From positions 89,218,001 to 89,282,000 of the forward strand of contig NW_027362761.1 in the NCBI RefSeq assembly GCF_046119375.1: a stretch of 64,000 nt of DNA, read 5' to 3'. Below the pieces are notes generated by a model that saw only the letters and a program-made list of their open reading frames with translations, did not search any database and was not told where the DNA came from. How positions within the stretch are numbered: the stretch's first letter is position 1; each line of letters begins with the position of its first letter. Origin of the DNA: Phyllobates terribilis (taxonomy: Eukaryota). Positions 36,511 to 47,950 of the stretch are shown in pieces. The position numbers and the translations under genes were made by a program.

Positions 36511-38358
36511 AATTTTCCCGAAGAAGATGCCAGGGCCCACCAGAGGAGTCTCCAGATCTCTGGTGGGCTCGTCCAACCCTGCCGAGTAGCAGCCCTGGCT
36601 AAGAAAAGTGTGTGGGAAGGTTCCCAGACACTATATGGCTGATTTTTTCTTAATGTGGATTAGACGTGCTTCATTGCATGTTATTTCTGAAACCGCATTG
36701 CAGATCAGGCCATTGCCCAACTCTGTAGTCGTGAAATTAAAGGGCAAAGACAGATGTTTGTGTGTCGAAGCACCACCTACAAGTACGAGCTGATGTTGGA
36801 CAGGCTGCTGCCATTGCTTATGTGCCAAGCTGCATTAGAAGACTTCCTGAGAGAAATGACAGCTGGAGTAGATATGGTTTCCCAAGTCCTTTCACTGAGC
36901 TAAAAAATATGTCTGGGGTAAGATACAACTCTCACCGACATGCTGTGGACTGGCTCCGTACCGTCCCTGGACACATTCACTTGTCCACGTGTTTGTGGTT
37001 AGGCGGTCTTTCCCATTAAGTGCACTGGGGAGGGCACAGGTAATTTTCTGGGACTCGCACTTATGGAAGGCGGAGACGACACCGGGACAAATAGTGGCGG
37101 CTGGGGACCGAGTATGGACACCCGGCCGCCACTGCCATGAGGTTGTGGACAGCTTCCACGTCCACAAGCCTAAAAGGCCACATTTCAAGTGCAAACAAGC
37201 AGGCCAGAAATGTGTCAGTTTAATATTGCGGCCTTTGGGTGGGTGGGTGGCTCCTTGCATACTTGCGCTTGCATTCCAAGTAACTGAAAACTAAGCATAT
37301 GGTGACCTCTATCATCATCATGGCCTCACCTCGGCACTATGAAATCTTCTGATGGAAGAGCCAGGGCCCTGGCTAAGAAATTTGTTTGGGAAGGTTCCCA
37401 TACACTCTATGGCTGCATTTTTAATGTGTACTGACTCCGTACTGTCCCTGGCCACATTCACTTGTCCACGTGTTTGTGGTTAGGCGGTACTTCCCACCTA
37501 AGTGCACTGGGGAGGGCACGGGTAATGTTGTGGGACCCGTGCTTGTGGAAGGCGGAGACAACACCGGGAGAAATAGTGGCGGCTAGGGACTGAGTATGGA
37601 CACCAGGCTGCCGCTGCCATGAACGCTGCACTTGGACAAGGACTTGGATGGAGATTGCTGCAAGTCTGCAACGACAGGTGCATGGGGGGAGGCATCTTCG
37701 CATTCACCAAGGATTACTTATGATGGGCACACTTTTAGGTAGTGACCTCGGAGTCAGAGATGCATCCAGGGGTCTTCCCCATGCTGTTCCCATGTCTTTT
37801 CAGCACTGTATGCATGTGTCTGATGATGTGTCACACACCAAATGGCCAGATAAGGTTGTAAATTGTTAAAATTACATTTCCCAGTGAATGCATTTGTCTT
37901 GGTTGAAAGCAATGCAAAAATGCATCAAAAACGCTATGTGTGAGCATAGCCCAAGGTGTGGAGGAGCATTTTGCCTTATGTATAAGTCATTTCCCTGGAA
38001 AGGATGTTCTTTAACATTTTTCCCAGGAAAATCCATTTTGGTTTCCTTTTTGCATGTTTTATTGTGAGTCCGTAAAAGTGGCATAATACCTCTGACAACA
38101 TTGTTGACAGCAGTGATCTGGGTGTCCGAAATGATTCCAGGGGTCTTTCCCATGCTGATCTCATCATTTGAGCACTGTTCCCATCGATTTGGACAATTTT
38201 TAGGCCCTCTGCAGACCGCCTGGGGGAGCCACCGGAAAAGTACTCAAGTTTCCCATAGACTTACCCTGGGTTCGTTACTCGGTCCGAGCACTCGATCATT
38301 CCAATTTGCTCGAAGCGAATAACGAGTACCCGAGCATTTTAGTGCTCGCTCATCACTG

Positions 38359-40243
38359 ATGCCAACCTGATTCACTTTACACAAATTACATATGCCAACC
38401 TGATGTACTCAACACAACTTACATATGCCAACCTGATGTACTTTACACTACTTACATATGGCAACCTGGTACACTCTGCACAACGTACTTATGCCAACCT
38501 GAGGTGCTCTACACAACGTACATATGCCAATCTGATGTTCTCTACACAACACATATATGCTACCACATTATAAAATTCACATACCAGGAAACACTAGATC
38601 AATTCCAATATAGCGTCACTTGTGGGGGGTTTCCACTGTTTTGGCCCCTGAAGGGCTCTGAAAATGCATCATGGCTTCTGCAAACAATTCCATCATAGTC
38701 TGCGCTCCAAAACATCACTCCTTCCATTTGGAGCTTAGCAACAATTTTCACAACATATGGGGTAACATTGTACTCAGGAGAAATTGCACAACAAATTTTG
38801 GCATCCATTTTTTCTTGATAGTCTTAAGAAAATGAAAAAATTTGGGGTAAAGCAACATTTTTGTGGGAAAAATCTATTTTTTTTTAATTTTTACAGTTCA
38901 ACATTTTAAAATTCTGTAAAGTACATGGGGGTTCAAGGTGGTCACTACAAATCAAGATACATTCTTTCAGGAGTGTAGTTTCCAAAATGGGGTCAATTGT
39001 AGGGTTTCCCACTATTTTGGCACATCAGGGGTTCTCCAAACACGGCATGATGCCCACAGATGATTCCATCCAAGTTTGCCTTTCAAAACGTCACTCCTTC
39101 CTTTAAGCAATGTGTCCAAACACCAAATTAGTCTGAATAAGGGGTCTGAACATAGATGGAGCATAGAATGTGGCGCTCACCCCTCTATGCTGGATCCTAC
39201 CCTACAACAGGTATAACCATTCCCTGCCACACTCATGCCATTACATTTCCCTTTTGTAAATTAAACGGGCAGTGCAATAACACTTGCTGAGCTGTGCAAT
39301 AATACTATATATACTACATAGGAGGCCAAAATATCACATATAAGGGCTCTGCAAACTGCAATCACTAGTGGGGGTTTCCACTGTTTAGGCACATCAAGGG
39401 ATCTGCAAAAGCAACATGGCATCCGCTAACAATTCCAGCCAATTTTGCATTCCAAAAGTCAATTGGTGCTCCTTACCTTCTGAGAGCTGTCATGCGCTCA
39501 AACAGTAGTTTTTTTTTATCACATATTGGGTATTGGCTTACTCAGGAGAAATTGTACAACACATTTTGTGGTTCATTTTCTCTTATTACCCTGGTAAAAA
39601 TAAAACATTTGGGACCAAAACAACATTTTTCTGGGAAAATGTAACATTTTTTTTTTCTTCCATATTGCTTTAATTCCCAGGATGCGCCTAAACAGTAAAT
39701 AAACTTCTTGAATGTTGTTTTGAGCAGTTTTAGACGTGCAGTTTTTAAAATGGTTTCACTTTTAGGTATTTACTGTCAGATAGCTTCAAATGTGTTGTGG
39801 TCCGTGAAAAAATTGGTTTTGTAAATTTTGTTGGAAAAATGAGAAATTACTGATAATCTTTTAACCCTTCTAACTTCCTAACAAAAAAAAAAATATGTTT
39901 AAATAATGATGCTGACATAAATTTGACATGTGTTAAATGTTATTTATTAACTATTTTGTGTGACATAACTCTCTGGCTTAAGGGCATAAAAATGAAAAGT
40001 TTGAAAATAGCTATTTTTTATAATTTTTCACCAAAATTCAGATATTTTCACAAATGAACATTAAAAAATTCTATTCAAATTGATGACTAGCATGAAGTAC
40101 TATGTATCCTGAAAAAACAATCTCCAACTCACTGGGATCCATTTAAATGTTCCAGAATTATTACCACATAAAGTGATAGTGGTCAGGATTTTAAAATTTG
40201 GCCTCGTCAGGAAGGTAAAAACAGTCTCGGGAGAAAGGGTTAA
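38359..40243. mobile_element. piggyBac-like non-autonomous element, right portion
   Basis: Terminates ...gagaaaggg|TTAA (40240-40243); internal repeated blocks (tactcaggagaaattg at ~38772 and ~39540; ggggtttccact at ~38625, ~39002, ~39371); begins with the 33-bp repeat. Family call rests on the terminus and on recall of frog repeats. Confidence 0.55.
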
Positions 40244-42203
40244 ATAGAAGTAGGTAATTTTTACATGTACAACTCTAGTGTGGAACCCCTGCAATCAATT
40301 CCTCCAGTAGAGCCTAGGAGCTCCAGTCCAATAATGGCCGTCATGCACCATGCTTTTATTAGTTTTAGAGAGAACTACGCAGCTTTTACAGGAGTATATA
40401 TTCTCATTATCTTATGAACTATACAAATATCTATTACTTGATAAGTCCAGGACAGGAATGAGAATCTAAACTTGACTGGGTGCTGAATTTTAAGTTTCTT
40501 ATCGTAACATACAAGCATAAGAACACACAGATATAGTACTCAGCTAAAAAACAGGTATAATTTTACATAACCATATTATGTTCTTAAACAACAGGCATAA
40601 GTGCATCTATTCTTTCATTATCTTATGCCATCAGCGATTCTAGAATTGTCTTTGCTTTACTCTTTTGAGCCTAGATGCATTTATTTGATGACTGAAGAGG
40701 TTTCTGAACATTTACAGAGTGTTGAAAGGCAGGGAATGCCTAATACCTGGATGCAGAAATGTAAGGAAAATGCCAATTTCCCCTAAAAGGTTTGATTAGA
40801 ATTAATTATCTGTCCACATATAATAGTGATTTATTTTATTATTTACTTGTAGTATTAATATTTAAATAACGTAATGTATGAAATACTTTCCTAAATGTAT
40901 TAGTAATAAAGAAATCATTTAATGACCTAAACAAACTCTTTAGAAAATATGAATTGTGGAAAATTAAAAATGAATTGAGAAAGGATGGTGTCTGTGTTTT
41001 TATAAGAATTGAATATGACAAATGAAACTGTACAAAACGTTGTACATCACATTGAAATGATTTGATCTCTGAGGGTTAAGCATGAAAAGAAATGGCAGGT
41101 TACCAGGATTCTGATGATTGAAAAATATCATTACTCACCTACAGGCATTGCAGGTTCAATATCAAACCATCAAATCAAGTCTTGGAGGTGTCAGGAATGA
41201 TTTTCCAAGAGCATACTTATGAAGTGTCAGTATTTTCTCTGTTATGCCAAGAAAATGGATTTTCAATTGTTCCTTTTAGAGTGTTCATGTTTAGACTGTC
41301 CGTTTTTCTGAATTCTAGTGCATTACTATTATTTTTAGTATTTAAGGAACCTTACATAGTCAAAGGTGAAACAATATTTCATATTATAATGTCTAGTGAA
41401 ATCTAAAAAAAAAAAAATTGTAAGGTACATCTCTGGCAGCAGAAAGGCAGGTAGTGCTGAAAGTGAATATAGCATATTTGATTACTTATCATCATTTACT
41501 GCTATGTCCACTATTGAATGCATGTCCTTCTGTTAAGTTTAGGATATAGCATTGCATTTTGGTAGAATTATTCCACGTCTGTGTCTTCCATAGGTGCATG
41601 CCACATACATATAGTAAAGAAACACATGGCTTTGTCTTAAGTGAAGTACAATCGTGTAAAAAACGTTTTCCTGGATTATAAATAGTTCACATCTTAGATA
41701 AAGTTTTGTTTTTTTAAACTGTACTCAATGAAATATAAGTCAGTTTTTAATTTCTTCGACCATTTAGAATAATGTTTAGACCACAAAGTTGCAAGTGATC
41801 TACTTGCAGATTGATAGCAATCTGACAGTAGGGTTGAAGTTCAGCCATTGGGACTAATAATTCTAATATGGCTAATGCACATGGCTGTACTCAGGATTCA
41901 CGTTACATTGTTTCAGAATATAGACACTACAGTCCATATCAGAATTGTTGGTAAAACAGTGGAATGCTACAATGCAAACTGTGTTATAGTATTCAATCTG
42001 AAAGCACTGCAAACTGTAATGATCTGCACCAGTCTATGCAAACAATATTGCTGTCCATGCACAAAAGAAGCTGGACAGGTACAGTCAATAATAAATAAAA
42101 TAAAGCTAAAAATTCAAATAGTTTTTCTTTATATTTATAGGGAAAATCTCCACTGATGCTTGAAGAACACTCTAACATGTTTCTGACTTTAGTTGCACAC
42201 TTA

Positions 42204-42400
42204 GGCCATGACCCCACTATCAGTATTTGGTCAGTATTCGGTCAGTATTTTTTCTCAGGAGTGGGAGCCAGTCAGAGAAAAGGTATAATAGAAACAAGTC
42301 ACCAATTCTGCATTGATCACCCACTCCTTGTTTTGTCTCCCACTTCTGAGAAAAAATACTGACTGAATACTGACCAAATACTGATAGTGGGGCTGTGCCC
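42204..42400. mobile_element. Harbinger-type MITE, 197 bp
   Basis: ~45-bp arms cccactatcagtatttggtcagtatt... / ...aatactgaccaaatactgatagtggg; TSD TTA on both sides. Confidence 0.8.
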
Positions 42401-43179
42401 TTAGTCACAGAATATAACAAAGCACCTTAGAATTGCAAATTTAAGCGAATCATCCAACAACTATGTGAAACATCCATTATAGTGATGAGCGAGCAAGCTT
42501 GCAACTGCTCGGTGCTCGCCCGAGCATCTCACTACTCAAGATGCTCGGCGCTTGCCGAGTATTTCCGGGGTTGCTCGGCGGGAGCTTGGGTCCCCTCCCT
42601 GCATGTTTGGCACTCTTTAGAGCGCCAATCAACATGAAGGGATTGCCTGCCACTCACTGTAATGCCGTAGCCATGTTGGTTGTGGGCATTACAGTGATTG
42701 GCTGGCCGCACAGCGTCATCAGGTCTATATCAGATCTGGCACCGCCATAATCGTCACAGTCACTCCAGAATTAGACAGTATAGGGAGAGGTGCTGCTTGT
42801 GTATTAGGTAATGTAGGGAGAAAAACCGTACATTACACATATCCATCTTAACAAACAGTCCTTTTGAAAACTAACTAATCCATCTGCAGAGATATCAGGC
42901 AGGCAGTGTATATAGACAGACAGGCAGGGTATATAGCAGACTGCAGTGCATATAGCACAAGAGGCTCCATTCCAATTCTGCCTTCTGCTGCTGTTAGATA
43001 TTTCTATACAAAGGCCCAGGTCTCAGGGGCGAGGAATACTTTTCTTTGGATCTTAATCCTCATTATTTGCTTAAAAAGCAATCCAGAGAGCACAGTTTTT
43101 CTGCACCATTTGCTTGTTGGCACTGCAGAATACAGCCAGGTCCTTTCCATATTATAGCGTTAGAAATCCAACTATTGAA

Positions 43180-43668
43180 AACTGTGTTTTCTCCATCAAA
43201 TGTATCACATATACGTTGTCAGAAAATACTGCCATTTCTGGCCTCCATTAAAAATTTCCTTTAGTGTGTCAATGAAGCAATTCACACCAGTTTGCTTTTC
43301 AAACTACTTACCTACAGGACAGGTATTTAAAACTCTATTTTCTCCGTCACACGGATCACATATACGTTGTCAGAAAATACTGCCATTTTTGGCCTCCATT
43401 AAAATTTTCCTTTAGTGTGTCAGTGAAGCAATTCACACCAGTTTGCTGTTCAAACTACTTACCTACAGACCAGGTATTTAAAACTCTGTTTTCTCCGTCA
43501 CACAGATCACATATACGTTGTCAGAAAATACTGCTATTTCTGGCCTCCATTAAATATTTCCTTTAGTGTGTCAGTGAAGCAATTCACACCAGTTTGCTGT
43601 TCAAACTACTTACCTACAGGCCAGGTATTTAAAACTCTGTTTTCTCCGTCAAACGTATCACATATAAG
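43180..43668. repeat. 151-bp tandem repeat (~3.2 copies) upstream of the copy B ORF
   Basis: ttttctcc recurs at 43187, 43338, 43489, 43640. Confidence 0.9.
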
Positions 43669-43725
43669 TTCGCTCCAAACTCAGTCATTTTTAGTGAGCG
43701 TGGAAGATACTGTCCTCCATATAAA

Positions 43726-46700
43726 ATGGGCGAGGCACATGGCAAGGGAAGGGGAACTGAACGTGATGGTAATGGTGCATGCAGAGGCCGAGGACAAGGC
43801 CGTGGGCAAGCTGAAATTGTGCCACAACAAACACCCACATCTTCTTGCCTGACCTTCCTGTCCCAATATCTAGCGGACTACAGTACACCACAATAGAACC
43901 CAGAGCAGTGTCAAAAGGTTGTTGGTTGGATAGCGGAAAAAGCTTCCAGTCACTTAGCCACCACCACCACCATCACCCTATCTTTAACACGGTCAAGTCT
44001 CAGTAGCCTTGAGTCTGGACCGCATATTCCTCACCTTGATCCTCCTTCCTCCCACCATGCCGAGTGCCCGGAGACAACTGCTCCCTCACTTGGACACTCT
44101 GAAGAGCTTTTCACTTTTTCATTTATAAATTCGGGCCTCTCGCCCGATCCACTTGAAGTGGTGCAAGAGGAGATCGCGTGTAGCGATGTCCAAATATTTG
44201 AGCAGCCACGGTCACACGAAGGCGACGGTGGGAAAGTGTCACAAGAGGTGGGCGATGATGAGACGCAATTGCCAGAAAGTCAGGAGGAGGACCAGGGTGC
44301 GGAAATGGAAGACAAGGTGGTGGATGATATAGTAACTGACCTAACCTGGCAGGAGGACATGCAGAGCTAGGACAGCAGCACACAGGGGGAGGGAGGCAGA
44401 GCACCCCAACAGGCAGGAAGAAGCTGTGTGGTGGCCGCAGACAGAAGGCAGGCAACCGTTTCCCACAACACCAACACAAAGGATGTTGCGAGTACAACTG
44501 TTAGGTCTTCTCGAGTCTGGTTGTTTTTTTATTAACTCTGACGATAAACCCAAAAATTCCATTTGCACCACCTGCCACGCCAGCATCAGCAGGGGTGGCA
44601 AAACGACCAGCCTGACCACCACCAGCATGATCAGGCACATGGCAGCAAAGCACCCGACTCTGTGAGCTGTACCCCAAGGTCCAGGAACAGTGTCTGCAGG
44701 TGGCACCATTGCTTCTTCCACTGTTGTGCATGCAAGCCAATCCACTGTCCATGGTGCATGCGAAGATGCCTCCTGCCCGGCACCTGTCATTGCGCACTCT
44801 CAAGTAGCTGCATCAGGAAGCACGTCCATGTCCTTGTCCCAGTGAAGCGTTCAGTTGTCCATACCCCAGTCCTTGGAATGCAAGCGCAAATATGCAGCCA
44901 AGGCTCCACAGGGCACACTACTAAATTCTCACATTTTACGACTTCTTGAGCTCAAAATGTTGCATTTTAGGCTCGTGGAGATGGAAGCATTCCACAACCT
45001 GATGGTGGCGGCCGTCCCTTGGTACTCGATCCCCAGCCGCCACTATTTCTCCCGGTGTGCTGTCCCCGCATTACACAAGCACGTGTCCCAAAACATTAGC
45101 CGTGCCCTCAACAACGCAGTTACCTGGAAAGTCCACCTTCCCACGGACACGGGGACAAGTGCTTGTAGGCAGGGACAGTACATCTCGCTGATGGCACACT
45201 GGGTTAACATAGTGGAAGCTGGGACCCAGTCGGACCTTGGGATGGAATATGTCCTTCTGACGCCAAGGATTGCGGGCCCTAGGTCAATCAGGTTTGCCCC
45301 CACGGTCTACAGCTCCTGCACCTCATCCTCCTCAGCCACCTCCTTCTCTTCAGCCTCCAGCTCTGAAATGACCACATCAGTCACAAGCTGAAAGCACTGC
45401 AGCACTGCCTCGGCCAAGCGGAAACAGGCTGTGCTGAAGATAATATGCTTAGGTGACAAACCGCACAATACTATAGAGTTGTGGACAGCTCTGAAAGAGC
45501 AGGCAGATCTGTGGCTCACACCGCTGTAACTACAGCCAGGCATGGTCATGTGTGACAATGGAGGGAAACTAGTGGCGGCTCTGAGGCGAGGCGAGCTCAC
45601 ACATGTACCATGCCTAGCCCATGTGTTTAACCTCGTGGCTCAGCGGTTTCTCAAATCCAACCCAGAGGTGCCGGATGTGCTTGTTAAAGTACACTGCCTG
45701 TATTCCCATTTTAGAAAGTCAGCTACAGCTTCCGCCGCCCTTGCAGTGGTTCAGCAGCGTTTGCAGCTTCTTGCTCACAGACTGGTATGTGATGTCCCCA
45801 CGCGTTGGAACTCTACACTGCAGATGTTGGGAAGGATTTGTGAGCAGAAGAGGGCAGTTGTTGAGTGCCAACATCAACAAGGGCATCGGTATTCAGTTCA
45901 GACTCCACATATAAGACCTCAGGAGTGGACATGGATGTCAGACATATGTACCATCCTCCAAAACTTTGAGGACTGCACCAAGATGGTGAGCGGCGATTAT
46001 GCCATAATTAGTGTCACCATCTCGCTTCTCTGTCTTCTGAAACGCTCTCTGCTCACAATCAAAGAGGATGCATCGCAGGCGGAGCACGATGAGAAGGAGC
46101 AAGGAACCATACAGGGTGATTACACACAGCCAAGCCTCATCTCATCCCAACGTGGATTGGGTGACAATGAGGAAGAGGAGGAGGAGGAAGGACAGGAGCT
46201 AGTTTCATGCACTATAGACGGTACTGCCTGCACAGCTGTCATACCGTCTGTTCAGCGTGGATGGCCAGAGGACAGAGAGGAGGAGGAGGAGAGCATGGTC
46301 AGTCATCCTCTTGGTGAGGACACAGGAGTCTAGCCTGTTAGCAGTCTGGCACACATGGCTGAGTTTATGTTAAGCTGCCTTTCCCATGACCTCCGCGTTC
46401 TCAAAATTTTGGGTGACAGTCATTACTGATTGGTGCTACTTCTAGACCCACGCTACATGGAGAACTTTATATCTCATATTCCTGAGGCGGACAGGTCTAC
46501 AAAAATGGGGCTGTACCAGAAGGCCCTTGTTGTGGAACTATTAAAAAAATTCCCATCTGAAAACGCTGGCGGCAGAGGGCACACTTCGTTGGACAACCAA
46601 GGAGTACAGGCGAGAGAGACACAACTCCAATCCAGCAGAGGCATGGGAACACTGTCAAAGTTCTGGGAGAGTTTTCTCAGACCCTCCCATTGCACAGGCC

Positions 46701-47036
46701 CTGAGGCACGGGGTACTCTCACAAGGAGTGCAAAGGTTTGGAAGATGCTGAGAGAGTACCTTGCCTACTGTACCAACGTCCTCTGTCTCTTTTAATTATT
46801 GGGTATCCAAGCTGGATACGTGGAATGAAGTGGCTCTCTATGCATTGGAGGTCCTGGCCTGCCCTGCCGCCAGCATTTTATCAGAGCGGGTTTTTAGTGC
46901 CACTGGTGGAATTTTAACTGATAAGCGCATCCGCCTGTCAACTCAAAATGCTGACAGGCTGACTCTTATAAAAATGTACAAGGGCTGGATTGGGCCAGGC
47001 TTCTCAACACCACCGAATAATAGCAGCGTAACTTAA
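43726..47036 (+). pseudogene. hAT transposase pseudogene (copy B)
   Basis: MGEAHGKGRG start; BED finger (ICTTCHAS...TTSMIRHMAAKHP); VMCDNG; HVPCLAHVFNL; PTRWNST; SERVFSATGG...PPNNSSVT*; several stops and frameshifts. Confidence 0.93.
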
Positions 47037-47460
47037 ACTCAAATCTAGTGTCTTTTCTTGGGAGGTGTTTTCCCATGCACCTTTTCACACCCACACATGG
47101 GTCTACGCTTCCTGATTTTGGCTATTTGCTCTTGTCCTCTTCCATCTCCTCATCCTTCACCACCATATAACCAGGGTGACCGTGGTCCGTGATGCAACAC
47201 CCACATAATTTTTTTAATGCAGTTTATAATGCCCGTAAAAAAAAAAATTTATACAGTATGTTCATGTATACCCCCCAGGGGTAAATGTTTGTCAGCCCAT
47301 ACACTTAGTGCATGGGCATTACAAGTATAGGAGGCCCGCTCCTTTCTAATGGAAACATTTTTTTATGAGGCCCTCCTCCATATCTCTTCCAAGGAGCATT
47401 GAAGTTCTTCCAAATTTTTGGCAGGCCTTGCATTCACTGCATAGGCCAACACTATGGGAG

Positions 47461-47950
47461 ACTCTCTCCTTTCTAATGGAAATTTGTCGCTACTGTGGCC
47501 CTGCTCTATGTGTCTTTAAATTCTAAATGAGGTTTTTCCTAAAATTGTTCAACCTTTGGACTCACTGCATACCCTATAACTGTGTAGCAGACTCTCTCCT
47601 TTCTTATGGAAATTTGTCATTACTGTGGCCCTGCTCTATGTGTCTTTAAATTCTTAGTGGGGTTTTTCCTAAAATTGGTCAGCCTTTGGGCTCACTGCAT
47701 ACCCTATAACTGTATAGCAGACTGTTTCCTTTCTAATGGGAATTTGTCGTTACTGTGGCCCTGCACTATGTGTGTTTAAATTCTTAGTGGGGTTTTTCCT
47801 AAAGTTGGTCAGCCTTTGGACTCACTGCATACCCTATAACTGTATAGTAGACTCTCTCCTTTCTAATGGAAATTTGTCATTATTCTGGCCCTGCTCTATG
47901 TGTCTTTAAATTCTTAGTGGGGTTTTTCCTATAATTGGTCAGCCATTGGA
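47461..47950. repeat. 130-bp tandem repeat (~3.8 copies) downstream of the copy B ORF
   Basis: Unit starts at 47461, 47591, 47721, 47851. Confidence 0.9.

Larger units (their letters stand above)
24975..38358 (+). mobile_element. hAT copy A (composite, left TIR lost, internally deleted)
   Basis: 24975-25260 matches the 5' subterminus of copy B (42500-42790); transposase relic from 33861; right TIR gctcgctcatcactg ends 38358. Continuity across the satellite insertion is inferred. Confidence 0.6.

Noticed and set aside
41139-41402. Possible 264-nt minus-strand exon (poly-T AG acceptor, GTGAGT donor)
   Set aside because: Stops in all three frames; a ~45-codon internal frame needs a weak AAG acceptor and has no recognisable homology.
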